DNA of 64,000 nucleotides from Alkalispirochaeta sp. (lineage in GTDB: Bacteria > Spirochaetota > Spirochaetia > DSM-27196 > Alkalispirochaetaceae), in assembly GCA_965601925.1 (NCBI GenBank), contig OZ271854.1:2624001-2688000 (forward strand), in the 5' to 3' direction. The position numbers and the translations under genes are program-made. How positions within the stretch are numbered: the stretch's first letter is position 1; each line of letters starts with the position of its first letter. This document shows, one piece after another, positions 9,730 to 19,486 of the stretch. Below the pieces are notes generated by a model. The model had not been told where the DNA came from. It searched no databases and saw only the letters and a program-made list of their open reading frames with translations.

Positions 9730-10505
9730 ACGGACCGGTGGCGCTCCTCACCGGCGCATCGTCGGGACTCGGCGCCGAGATCGCGTTCGCACTCTCCGCG
9801 GGCGGATGGGAGCTCGTTTTGGTCTCGCGCAGCGCGTCGCGGCTCAAGGCGGTCGTCGATGCCCTCCCGGCGCCCGCGTACGCCTTGGAGCTCGATCTCT
9901 CCGCCGACGAGCCCGGTGAGCGTCTGGGGGCGGCGCTGCAACGAGTCGGTATCGATCCGGGCCGAATCGAGCTCTTGGTGAATAACGCGGGGCTGGGTTC
10001 GCTCGGTCCCTTTGCACGGACCGACGTGCGGCTTCTGCGGACGATGCAACGGGTTAACGTCGTCGCGCCGATGGAGTTGTCGCGTTGGATCGCTCCGTTC
10101 ATGATTCGCGCCGGACGAGGAGTGATCTGCAATGTCGCCTCCGTTGCCGCCTTTTCACCCGGTCCGCTCATGGCGGAGTATTATGCGGACAAGGCGTGGT
10201 TGCGTTCTTTCGGTCTTTCCCTCGACGCCGAGTTACGTCCGCACGGGGTGGCGGTCGTAACGGTATGCCCCGGGCCGTTCGAGAGCGGCTTTCACGAGCG
10301 CGCCGGAATCGATACGGTCCGTCTGGGAGCGCTTCCCGGCGCACGTCGTGTGGCGCGCCGTGTGCTCCGTGCGATTCGTCGCCGCCGGCCTGTCGTTGCG
10401 ATCGGTCTCGGTGCACGGATATGGGCGCTGTGGGGGCCGCGTCTTCCCTGGAGAGTGAGTCGCGCCGTGATGCACGGGCTCCAGCGGCGTCGCCTTGAAG
10501 GATGA
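9726..10505 (+). CDS. Short-chain dehydrogenase/reductase
   Basis: TGASSGLG, NNAG, NVAS, YxxxK (YYADK). Confidence 0.9.
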   Translation: MNGPVALLTGASSGLGAEIAFALSAGGWELVLVSRSASRLKAVVDALPAPAYALELDLSADEPGERLGAALQRVGIDPGRIELLVNNAGLGSLGPFARTDVRLLRTMQRVNVVAPMELSRWIAPFMIRAGRGVICNVASVAAFSPGPLMAEYYADKAWLRSFGLSLDAELRPHGVAVVTVCPGPFESGFHERAGIDTVRLGALPGARRVARRVLRAIRRRRPVVAIGLGARIWALWGPRLPWRVSRAVMHGLQRRRLEG

Positions 10506-10554
10506 CCATCGATTCGTCTACAATACGACTACTTATCCACAAGGAGCATATTCG

Positions 10555-11637
10555 ATGGCCAAGATGAAAATGAAGCCCGGTGTCGTTACCGGAAATGCTT
10601 TACAGGAGCTCTTTGCGTATTGCAAGGAGACACAATGCGCCCTCCCGGCCGTGAACGTTATTGGTTCCAGCAGTGTCAACGCCGCACTACAGGCCGCCCG
10701 CGAGGCGTCCAGCCCGATAATCATTCAGTTTTCTAACGGCGGCGGCGCCTTCAATGCGGGCAAGTATCTCGACAACACCAACCAGCGCGCGGCGATCGCA
10801 GGCTCCGTGACCGGCGCCGTGCACGTATGGAAGATGGCGGAGCTGTACGGTGTGCCGGCGGTTCTGCATACCGACCACTGCGCGCGAAAGCTGCTACCGT
10901 GGATCGACGGTCTCATCGCCGAGGGTGAGGCGTGGTACAAGCAGCACGGCTCGCCGCTGTATAGCTCGCATATGCTCGACCTGTCCGAGGAGTCGCTCGA
11001 GGAGAACATCAAGACGAGCGCCGAATACCTGGAACGCCTCGCCAAAATCGATATGACTCTCGAGATCGAGCTCGGCGTCACCGGCGGTGAGGAAGACGGC
11101 GTGGACAACACCGACGTCGATAGCTCGCGTCTGTACACGCAGCCTGAGGACGTACTGCAGGCCTACGACGTGCTCAAGCCGATCGGAAAGTTCACCGTCG
11201 CCGCCGCCTTCGGCAATACCCACGGCGTCTACAAGCCGGGCAACGTCAAACTGCGACCGGAGATCCTCAAGAACTCGCAGGAGATGGTACGCACCGCACG
11301 CAAGCTGCCGGAGGAGAAGCCCCTCGACCTCGTCTTTCACGGAGGCTCGGGATCGGAGATCGAGAAGATCCACGAGAGCCTTCAGTACGGTGTGGTAAAG
11401 ATGAACATCGATACCGACACGCAGTGGGCCTTTACGCGACCGGTTCGGGAGTACGTCGATAAGAATCACGACTACCTCATGGCGCAGATCGGTAACCCCG
11501 AAGGGGCGGACAAACCCAATAAGAAGAAGATCGACCCCCGCGCTTGGATGGTAGAGGGCGAAAAGGGTATGACCGCGCGACTGCTCGAGGCATTCAAGGA
11601 CCTTCAGTCGTATCAGCAGTTCGATCTTGGGCTCTGA
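10555..11637 (+). CDS. fbaA: Class II fructose-bisphosphate aldolase
   Basis: SD AAGGAG, LHTDHC, SSHMLDLS, ELGVTGGEEDG, FGNTHGVYKPG, VFHGGSG, KMNIDTD. Confidence 0.96.
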   Translation: MAKMKMKPGVVTGNALQELFAYCKETQCALPAVNVIGSSSVNAALQAAREASSPIIIQFSNGGGAFNAGKYLDNTNQRAAIAGSVTGAVHVWKMAELYGVPAVLHTDHCARKLLPWIDGLIAEGEAWYKQHGSPLYSSHMLDLSEESLEENIKTSAEYLERLAKIDMTLEIELGVTGGEEDGVDNTDVDSSRLYTQPEDVLQAYDVLKPIGKFTVAAAFGNTHGVYKPGNVKLRPEILKNSQEMVRTARKLPEEKPLDLVFHGGSGSEIEKIHESLQYGVVKMNIDTDTQWAFTRPVREYVDKNHDYLMAQIGNPEGADKPNKKKIDPRAWMVEGEKGMTARLLEAFKDLQSYQQFDLGL

Positions 11638-13018
11638 GTCGGAACGAACCGACCACTCTCGCCATAACGACCGTGCGGCCTCCGCGAGGGCCGCACGGAT
11701 CGACAGCGCCGAGATCGAACGGGGGGAGTACCGCCGACGGTGGTATCCCCTTGACAACACGGCGCGTATCTTTCCACCGATCCTGTCGAAACGCTTCACG
11801 ACACTATTCCGCATCTCAGTCCTCTTAACCTCTGCAGTGCGCGTCGGCGCTCTTCAAAGGGCGCTGGAGCGGACCTGGGATCGGATTCCCATATTTCGCG
11901 TTCACGTGCGCCGGGGAATCTTCTGGCATTATCTCGAAGAGTGTCCGCCCGGCGTCGTCAAAGGGGACGGCGGGACGCCGTGCATGGATCGCCCACGTTT
12001 CGGCGACCGTCAACCGCTGGTCACCGTGCGCGCACGGGGGCGGCGTATCGCCGTAGAGGCCTCGCATATCGTCACCGACGGAGTCGGGGCGCTTCAATTT
12101 CTCAAGACCCTCATTGTGGCGTACCATCAAGAGATTGCAAACACGACCCCGCGTCTCCCTTCCGAGGCGCGGGGGCTCGGCATTCTCGTTCCCGGCGACT
12201 CCGCCGACCCTCGGGAGGGAGAGTACGCGAGCCGTCGGTTTTTCCGCCGACGTCTCCCCGATCCGGTGGAGTACCGCCCGGCGTGGCACGTGGGCGGGGT
12301 ACGACTTCCCGTGGGATCATATCGCGTCACCGTGGCGCGTTATCCGGTCGCCGTGCTCAAGGATATCGCTCGACGTTTCAATGTAACCATCACCGATCTC
12401 CTTCTTGCGGTCTTCATACAGGCGCTTCAACGGTGTTATCACGCCGCAACGCTACCGCGACGTCGGCGTCGACCCATTCGGGTCTTTGTTCCCGTCGATA
12501 TGCGGCCGTCGACCAACTCCAAGACGGTCAGGAACTTTTTCGTATACGCACTCGTGGAGATAGACCAGCGACTCGGACGGTACGAACTCGACGAGATCGC
12601 GCGCAATGTGCACCATCAGTTACGTGCAAAACTCGATCCGCGCGGCTTGCGTCGCCAGATCAGCCGCAACGTGCGCGCCGAACGCAACATATTCATCCGC
12701 ATCATTCCCATGGTGATAAAGGATCTTATCCTGACGGTGGCGCACCGACTCCAAGGAGAGGCGGCCAACACGGCGAGCTTCTCCAATTTGGGACGAGTCG
12801 ACCTCCCGTCCGAGACGGCATCGCTCGTCGACAGTTTCGACTTTCTGCCGCCGCCCTCGCCGATTACGGGTGTCAATATGACGCTCATCTCCACGGGCGA
12901 TACCGCAAGTGTGAGTTTTGGAAGTGTGCGGGCTCAGCAGGATGTGGAATGCCGTGTCGTCGAATCACTATCGCGTCTGGGTGCCCGCGGAATACTTCGA
13001 ACCAACTGGAGGAGGTAG
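11627..13018 (+). CDS. Alcohol acetyltransferase/condensation-domain-like CoA-dependent acyltransferase (start uncertain)
   Basis: W.PLDN.A.IFP N-terminus, catalytic HxxxDG (HIVTDG), PVDMR, FSNLG. Confidence 0.75.
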   Translation: MGSESERTDHSRHNDRAASARAARIDSAEIERGEYRRRWYPLDNTARIFPPILSKRFTTLFRISVLLTSAVRVGALQRALERTWDRIPIFRVHVRRGIFWHYLEECPPGVVKGDGGTPCMDRPRFGDRQPLVTVRARGRRIAVEASHIVTDGVGALQFLKTLIVAYHQEIANTTPRLPSEARGLGILVPGDSADPREGEYASRRFFRRRLPDPVEYRPAWHVGGVRLPVGSYRVTVARYPVAVLKDIARRFNVTITDLLLAVFIQALQRCYHAATLPRRRRRPIRVFVPVDMRPSTNSKTVRNFFVYALVEIDQRLGRYELDEIARNVHHQLRAKLDPRGLRRQISRNVRAERNIFIRIIPMVIKDLILTVAHRLQGEAANTASFSNLGRVDLPSETASLVDSFDFLPPPSPITGVNMTLISTGDTASVSFGSVRAQQDVECRVVESLSRLGARGILRTNWRR

Positions 13019-13025
13019 ACTCGAT

Positions 13026-13709
13026 ATGTACTGCGAGCGCTGCGGCGTACAACTTGAGGACCATATGGAGCGTTGTCCCCTTTGCAACGGGGAAAACCGA
13101 GAGGGCGAGGAGCCGAAGCTGTCCGAGTACGCTCTCTCGGCCGAGCGGCCCGGTGTGGCCCCGGTCCGTCGCATCGCCGCCCGCGTGCTTACGTTGCTGT
13201 CGGCGACCGCCGTCGTAATCCTGTTGATCGTCGATCTCTTTTTTTCGGGAGGATTGACGTGGACGCCGCCGGTTGTAACTCCGATTGTCTTCGGCACGCT
13301 CATGGGACTCTTGCCGCTCCTCTCCACGCGGTGGCGGAGAGTATTCTTCGCCGAGTTGGGCGTAATCGCGGTCATGTTGATCCTTCTGGACGCCCTCGAC
13401 GACGGCGCTCTGGAATGGTTCGTGCCGGTTGCGTTGCCGATTTTGGGGATGGCGGCCCTCCTGCTGGCCGGGAGCGCGATACTCGTGCCGCGCACTCGCG
13501 GGGTTGCGAAAGGTGCGCTCGTTCTTGCCGCCGCCGGTCTCCTTACGGCGGGAATCGAGATTACGGTGCGATTGTACCAGGATACGGCGATCGCCGTCAG
13601 TTGGTCGGCCGTCGTGCTTGTCTCGACGCTGCCGGCCGCTGCATTCCTCCTTCTCCTGCAACAGACGGTGCTGCGCTACGTCGACCTGAGGAGGCGTTTT
13701 TACCTCTGA
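13026..13709 (+). CDS. Zinc-ribbon + multi-TM membrane protein (DUF6320-like)
   Basis: SD GGAGG, MYCERCG...CPLC, about six hydrophobic helices, C-terminal LRRRF. Confidence 0.65.
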   Translation: MYCERCGVQLEDHMERCPLCNGENREGEEPKLSEYALSAERPGVAPVRRIAARVLTLLSATAVVILLIVDLFFSGGLTWTPPVVTPIVFGTLMGLLPLLSTRWRRVFFAELGVIAVMLILLDALDDGALEWFVPVALPILGMAALLLAGSAILVPRTRGVAKGALVLAAAGLLTAGIEITVRLYQDTAIAVSWSAVVLVSTLPAAAFLLLLQQTVLRYVDLRRRFYL

Positions 13710-13746
13710 AATCCGTCGAATTGCACCAGCGCTATCGCGACGGTTT

Positions 13747-14715
13747 CTAATGGGTAAACACGACGCCGCCGGCGGGGAGCCTCTCGCGAATCCGTTCCGC
13801 CACGATCGCGGCGCTCTCGGCTGTGGCGCATACCGCGTAGAATGCACCACCACCACCGGCGCCGCTCAGCTTCCCTCCGAGCGCGCCGTACGTGCGTGCG
13901 AGGTCCAGTAGTGCGTCGGTATGGTGTGTCGAGACACCCAACGCACGCAGCGCCGACTGGGCGCGGTCGGCGAGTCCCGCGATCGCCGTGGGCACATCGG
14001 CCGACTCGACGGCGGCGGGCGCGACGGGACCGGATGGGTGACCGGTGGACAGCGCCGCTATTGCATCCTCGCAGAGCATCCCTAACCGATCGAGAAGCGG
14101 TCGTACGCGCTTCTCGGACGACGCAAGGTGACCTCTCACTGCGGCGACGAGCTCTCGTGTGCTCCGCTCCCGGGGAATGGAACCGACGACCAGGGGCGGG
14201 AGCGGGACGTCCAATCGTCGCGGTGACGGCAGGCAGCCGGGCCCTCGGTCGAATTGAAAGGCTTGCACCCCTGCCAGGCTCGATAGGCCCGTGTCGATTC
14301 CGCTCGGCGTGCCGTGGAAAAAGTGTTCCAGCCTATGTGCGAGGGCCCACGCCGACTCCGCGGTAGAACGCGGGAGGTCGCTGTCATTCTCTTCGCCCTC
14401 GAGTGCCCAAAGGGCGATCGCCGTGCACAACGCCGCACTCGACCCGAAACCGCTCTCTACCGGGAGATCGGAATGGACGTGGAAGAACGCAGGGGTGCGA
14501 CGGTCTATGGTCGCCTCGATGTGCGCCGCAAATGCTCGGAGAGCATCGGGGTCCACCTGACCGTGGTGAGAGTGAAGTCGTACCGAGTAGTGCGACGCCG
14601 GTTCTACCCGGAGCGTGAGGCGTTGATGCAGTGCAGTACCGAGCGCCGGATAGCCGAACACGGCCGAATGCTCCCCGAAGAGCAGAAGTTTGCCGGGAGC
14701 GGAGAAGGTTCGCAT
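13747..14715 (-). CDS. mvk: Mevalonate kinase
   Basis: APGKLLLFGEHSAV.G.PA, P..SGFGSSAA, E..FHGTPSGID, GGKLSGAGGGG. Confidence 0.92.
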   Translation of the reverse strand: MRTFSAPGKLLLFGEHSAVFGYPALGTALHQRLTLRVEPASHYSVRLHSHHGQVDPDALRAFAAHIEATIDRRTPAFFHVHSDLPVESGFGSSAALCTAIALWALEGEENDSDLPRSTAESAWALAHRLEHFFHGTPSGIDTGLSSLAGVQAFQFDRGPGCLPSPRRLDVPLPPLVVGSIPRERSTRELVAAVRGHLASSEKRVRPLLDRLGMLCEDAIAALSTGHPSGPVAPAAVESADVPTAIAGLADRAQSALRALGVSTHHTDALLDLARTYGALGGKLSGAGGGGAFYAVCATAESAAIVAERIRERLPAGGVVFTH

Positions 14716-14727
14716 CGGTTTGGCCTT

Positions 14728-15981
14728 CTATGAGAGTCCCGCCGCCCGGTCGATATCGCGCGACGAGGGAGCCCGGTCCGTTGTCGCTCCCATACTCACG
14801 CCGTGGCGGTCGATCGACTCCGCGACGACTCCTTCGTATCCCGTTCGATCAGACTCGCCGTACTCCCACCGAAGTCCGTCGACCGCCGGCGTCATCGCAT
14901 CGGCGTCGGGCGGGAGCGGGCGGCGCGGGTTCGGCAGCGACAGAATGATCGCCCGTTCGTTTCCCGCTCCGCTCGCCTTCACCGTCCATCCGTCGTCGAG
15001 ATGGGCGCACGATAACGGTAGCGTAGCGGGTACCCCGATCGCCTCACCGATCGTCTCGCCGAGCCGACGGGCCGATGCGAGGGGTCGAAAGAGAGAAGCC
15101 CAGTCGTGGGCCTCCTCCAAACGACGTACCAGCCGGTTATTCTCTCCGATGAATCGGTCGCGCTCAGTGCATCCCCGGGGGCAGTAGTGTCTGAAACGCT
15201 CGACCGCTTTGGCGCTTTGCACCGGTTTTCCGGCGGACCAGCCGTACAGCGCAATCCTCTGGCGCTCTATCTCAGATTGCAGGTTGCTTTTCTCCCACGA
15301 CGGCCTGTTGCCGCCGCAAAAGCGTATTGCACCACCGGCGGCGCTGGCAACGACATCGTAGCCGCTGCCTCGCCCCCCGTGCGCTCTCCGATGGGCCTCG
15401 ATCGCGAGGGCGATCAGTGTTTCGCGCCGGAACACGGGATCGATACCGGCGATGCGCATCAGTGCTCCGGTGAACAGGCAGACGGCTGCGGCGCTGGAGC
15501 CGAGTCCCAGTTTTTTCCCCGTATGGGCGTCGAAGAAGGGAGAGGTGTCGATCACAATGTGCCACGTACACGTCGCGTCCGCCCCGTATGCGGAGTCTCC
15601 GTTCGTACCGACGGACGTGCTTCCGGCGGCCAGATGCGCGCGTACAACTTCGATGGTCGATTCGATGAGCGGATGTGCGGTGCCGGGCCACGATTGATCC
15701 TCGGACTTCGATGTGCGAGCGATAACCGTTAGGCGCGATGTGGCGGCATCACCGCGCTCGTACGGTGCCTCGCCTGCAAGCCCGTGCACCGCCGCGAGAA
15801 ATGAGTCTCCCGTCGCCGACGGCTCTTCCGCAGAGGTGCAGTAGACCGAGCATGAGGCTCGCGGCTCTACGGCCAAAGCGATACCGAGGCCGTCCTCTTC
15901 GGTAATCACATACTCACCGGCGAGAAGAAGGTTTGCAGGAACCGACCATTGCCAACGTAGATACATTGCAGGGAAGAACAT
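14728..15981 (-). CDS. Phosphomevalonate kinase (GHMP family); start 15981 or 15966
   Basis: VPANLLLAGEY, KLGLGSSAA, AH...GG.GSGYDV..S..GG, KASGAGNE. Position in the mevalonate operon. Confidence 0.8.
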   Translation of the reverse strand: MFFPAMYLRWQWSVPANLLLAGEYVITEEDGLGIALAVEPRASCSVYCTSAEEPSATGDSFLAAVHGLAGEAPYERGDAATSRLTVIARTSKSEDQSWPGTAHPLIESTIEVVRAHLAAGSTSVGTNGDSAYGADATCTWHIVIDTSPFFDAHTGKKLGLGSSAAAVCLFTGALMRIAGIDPVFRRETLIALAIEAHRRAHGGRGSGYDVVASAAGGAIRFCGGNRPSWEKSNLQSEIERQRIALYGWSAGKPVQSAKAVERFRHYCPRGCTERDRFIGENNRLVRRLEEAHDWASLFRPLASARRLGETIGEAIGVPATLPLSCAHLDDGWTVKASGAGNERAIILSLPNPRRPLPPDADAMTPAVDGLRWEYGESDRTGYEGVVAESIDRHGVSMGATTDRAPSSRDIDRAAGLS

Positions 15982-16034
15982 ACTACCAATCGGCGATATG
16001 GGACCACTTAACCGTCGATAGCCGTCCGCGCACG

Positions 16035-17030
16035 TTACGAAGGCGTGCCGTCGGTCTCGCGAAGCACTCGCGTTCCGGTGCCTATCCCCGAGACGATGGG
16101 TGGTGCGTCGCATAGCGGCGCCATCTCGCGGCACAGATATTCTGCATCGTCTTTGAGCGTGACAACCTTTACCTGAGGACCCGCATCCATCGTCTCCCAG
16201 TAGCCGAATCCGCGCTTGCGCAACTCAGCGAGGCGGTGGAGCACATCAATCGAGGAGGGGAGCCAGTAGAGTACCGGTTCGTCGGCCGATAGCATCGTCG
16301 CGAACATTCGCATGTAGCTCCGGCGCATGACGGTTCCCAGCGCCTCTATATCGCGACGTGCCGCGGCTTCGCACGCCGCCGCGTATAGCGTTACCGAGTC
16401 GCGAACCCACGAGCGGTAGTACGGCGAGGTGTCGCGCGTGAGATTCATCGCCTCGCGCGACGATATCGGCTTTTCGGCGGTACTGAGCGGTAACACGACG
16501 ACCCGTAGGTCGGGCCACCAGTCGGCGGGATACAGTTGGCGCGCCGACTCAGTTCCCGCCTCCCATACGGTAAAGCCGCCGAAGATACTCCGGGCCGCCG
16601 AGCCGGACCCCAGTCGCGCGAGGCGCGAGAGGGCCGACAAATCCTCCACCGAGACGCCGGCCGCGGCAACCGTGGAAACGGAGAGCGCTGCAAAACCACT
16701 GGCGGAACTCGCGAGGCCGGCTGCGGTGGGAAAGTTGTTGTGCGACTCGACCGAGAACCCGCGCGGCGGCGGCGCATTCCGGCTCACCAGCCACGATCTC
16801 ACCTCGTCGAGAAACGAGTAGAGTCGCCCCTCCTCGACCGATACGCCGTCTATCGCAACGCGATCCTCGTCGGTCGTATGGGTCCGAGTAACGGTGTGGA
16901 GCGCCTCCAGTGAGACGGCGAGGCTACTGGTTGCGGGGATGTTCACCCCCCCGCGCCGTTTTCCCCAGTATTTTACGAGGGCGAGGGACGGGTGCGCTAT
17001 CGCCGTTGCCGACGTTTCGACGCTCATCAC
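16035..17030 (-). CDS. mvaD: Diphosphomevalonate decarboxylase
   Basis: AHPSLALVKYWGK, NNFPTAAGLASSASGFAA, RLGSGSAARS, TMDAGPQVK. Confidence 0.95.
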   Translation of the reverse strand: MMSVETSATAIAHPSLALVKYWGKRRGGVNIPATSSLAVSLEALHTVTRTHTTDEDRVAIDGVSVEEGRLYSFLDEVRSWLVSRNAPPPRGFSVESHNNFPTAAGLASSASGFAALSVSTVAAAGVSVEDLSALSRLARLGSGSAARSIFGGFTVWEAGTESARQLYPADWWPDLRVVVLPLSTAEKPISSREAMNLTRDTSPYYRSWVRDSVTLYAAACEAAARRDIEALGTVMRRSYMRMFATMLSADEPVLYWLPSSIDVLHRLAELRKRGFGYWETMDAGPQVKVVTLKDDAEYLCREMAPLCDAPPIVSGIGTGTRVLRETDGTPS

Positions 17031-17051
17031 GCGCGTGTACGAGGCGGCGCG

Positions 17052-18365
17052 CTAACGCTCTTGTCGAAACTCACGCAGGAGCTCATGCGCCGTCTCGATG
17101 TTGAAGACACCGCGATCCCAGACACGACCGGCGAGAACTTGGATCTCCTCATCCCGTGCACCGGCCTTCCACGCGAGACGGCGTGCGTGTTGGCGCATGT
17201 GTCCCTTTTGAATTCCCTCTCCCACGAGGGCCATCAGTGCGGCGAGGTTCTGCGCCAATCCCAGAGCCGCGGCGACGCGACTCAGACGATCGGCCGTCGG
17301 CTCCACGTCGGGGTCCATGAACAGGATTTTGAGGGCAAAGCTCGTGACCGGGTGAAAACCCACGGCGCCGCCCACCGTTCCCATCGCCAACGGCATCTCG
17401 ATCGATCCCGTGAGGCGATCGTCTTCAATGCGGTACTCGGTAAGGGCGCGATACGTTCCGCTACGAGCGGCGTACGCGTGGGCGGCCGCTTCGATCGCCC
17501 GCGTATCGTTGCCCGTTGCGAGGGCGAGGGAGGTGACGCCGTTCATGACCCCTTTGTTGTGCGTCACCGCTCGCAACGGATCGGCGTCGGCAAATTGGTT
17601 GGCGCGCTCGATGCGCTTCGCCATGGTCGCTCCGTCGAACGGTCCACGGCTCAGCTTGCCGACGGGGATCGAAAAGCCGGCGCGAGCGCGACGGCGCGGC
17701 GCGGCATTGGTCAGAATTGCCATAAGTACCGTGCCGCCGCTCAACCGCTCCAGAGAGCCTCGGAGCGCTTCGGCGGCGGTGTTGATGATGTTGGCGCCCA
17801 TGGCGTCGCGCGTATCGACGTGGAGATAGACGATTAAGAGCCCGCTCTCCTCGAGGAGCGAGACCTCGATGCCGCGATACCCGCCGCCGCGGCGCGTCAT
17901 CGGACCCAGGATATCCACCAGTTCGGCGTGTAGCGCCTTCTCGGCCGCGCAAATACGTTCCGCGGAGCCGTCGGATGCGCCGTCGATGGCGATTTGGGCC
18001 GTCATAATCTGGCCGGTGGAACTGGTGCGAAACCCATCTCCCCCGCGCGACGCCAGGCGTCCCGCGTACGTGGCCGCCGCGACGACCGACGGCTCTTCGA
18101 CGGCCATCGGAATATTGAAGATGCGTCCGTCGATCGATATGCCGCTGGCCACACCCATGGGAACCGGCATGAGTCCGACGGCGGACTCGACCATTACGTC
18201 GGCAAGATCGATAAGACCCTCGCCGCCGAAGGAACTGACCAACTCATCCCGGCTTAGATCGAGGAGGTCGGAGAGAGCCTCGCGTTTTTGCCGGACGTTG
18301 AGTTTGCGAAAGTTCTGAGGAAGCTCAATCACATCCTCGTTGAGTGTAAAAGCCGTATCTGCCAT
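17052..18365 (-). CDS. mvaA: Class II hydroxymethylglutaryl-CoA reductase
   Basis: PMAVEEPSVVAA, DAMGAN, THNKG.MNG, GND.RA.EA, GIQKGHM. Confidence 0.95.
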   Translation of the reverse strand: MADTAFTLNEDVIELPQNFRKLNVRQKREALSDLLDLSRDELVSSFGGEGLIDLADVMVESAVGLMPVPMGVASGISIDGRIFNIPMAVEEPSVVAAATYAGRLASRGGDGFRTSSTGQIMTAQIAIDGASDGSAERICAAEKALHAELVDILGPMTRRGGGYRGIEVSLLEESGLLIVYLHVDTRDAMGANIINTAAEALRGSLERLSGGTVLMAILTNAAPRRRARAGFSIPVGKLSRGPFDGATMAKRIERANQFADADPLRAVTHNKGVMNGVTSLALATGNDTRAIEAAAHAYAARSGTYRALTEYRIEDDRLTGSIEMPLAMGTVGGAVGFHPVTSFALKILFMDPDVEPTADRLSRVAAALGLAQNLAALMALVGEGIQKGHMRQHARRLAWKAGARDEEIQVLAGRVWDRGVFNIETAHELLREFRQER

Positions 18366-18388
18366 GGTGCGTTCCTCTAAAATCTCCC

Positions 18389-19486
18389 TCACTCTACCGA
18401 TATCGGTTCGAAAACGGCGTCGCGGAGCGCCTGTGCATCGTGTCGAAGCGCGTGCTCCAGCCATATGGGTGCGGTGTGCAGATCGGCGATGCGTCGGCAC
18501 CCGCTGAGCGTCATCGCCGTGCGAATAACATAATCCAGGCGTCGACCAAATTCTATCGCTCTGTTGATCCCGCCTTCGGCCACCGCGCGAACGAAGGGTA
18601 GGGCGAGTCCTACCGCCTCGGCCCCCAGCATGAGGGCGCGGACAACGTCCATGCCGGTACGTATCCCGCCCGAAGCGAGTATGCCGCGTTGGTCTCGCCC
18701 GATAGCGGCCAACAAGAGACCGGTCGGCAGACCCCACTCGTCGAACTCTTCCGCGGCGACCGAGGCCACCGGATCGTCGTGTCGATACGCCTCCACGCGG
18801 ACCCAGTTCGTTCCCCCCGAACCGGCGACATCGACGTACGCGGCTCCCGCCTCAAGCAATGTCTGAACTTCCCCCGGATTGATACCGAACCCCGTCTCCT
18901 TGACCAACACCGCCACCGGCGAGCGCTCGATGAAGCGGCGTAACGCGTCCATGATCCCGGTGAAAGAGGTGTCGCCTCCGGGTTGAAAGATCTCCTGAGC
19001 GGGATTGAGGTGTACCGCGATACCGTCGACCCCGAGTGTCTCCGTCATACGAAAGATTTCATCGTGCGACATCTGGGGAAGCTGTACCGCACCGATATTG
19101 GTAAAGACCGGAACGTCGGGAGCATACCGTTTGATGCGGAAGTGGTCCAGCACGTCGGGCTTGCGAAAAAGAATCCGCATCGAACCCATGCCCACCGGAA
19201 TACCGAGCTCCTCGGCGACCGCCGCGAGGTCTTTGTTGGTCTGGTATCCCGCTGCGCTCCCTCCGGTCATCGAAGAGATAAACACCGGCATCGCGACGCG
19301 ATGGCCCAAAAAGTCGATGGATGGGTCGGCCTCGGCGGCGTCGACCTCCGGTAGGGAGCGATGAACCGGATGTACCTCTTCCAAGCGCGTCGTGCCGGTC
19401 TCGACACGGTACCGTCCGTCGTCGAGGCAGATCTCAAGGTGTTGCGTTTTTCGACGGCTCATGTCCGAGCCGTTTTCTCTATTCAT
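18389..19486 (-). CDS. fni: Type 2 isopentenyl-diphosphate isomerase
   Basis: RK..HL.IC, SSMTGG, HLNPAQE..QP.GD, KETGFG, DVAGSGGT.W, ASGGIR.G.D. Confidence 0.95.
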   Translation of the reverse strand: MNRENGSDMSRRKTQHLEICLDDGRYRVETGTTRLEEVHPVHRSLPEVDAAEADPSIDFLGHRVAMPVFISSMTGGSAAGYQTNKDLAAVAEELGIPVGMGSMRILFRKPDVLDHFRIKRYAPDVPVFTNIGAVQLPQMSHDEIFRMTETLGVDGIAVHLNPAQEIFQPGGDTSFTGIMDALRRFIERSPVAVLVKETGFGINPGEVQTLLEAGAAYVDVAGSGGTNWVRVEAYRHDDPVASVAAEEFDEWGLPTGLLLAAIGRDQRGILASGGIRTGMDVVRALMLGAEAVGLALPFVRAVAEGGINRAIEFGRRLDYVIRTAMTLSGCRRIADLHTAPIWLEHALRHDAQALRDAVFEPISVE

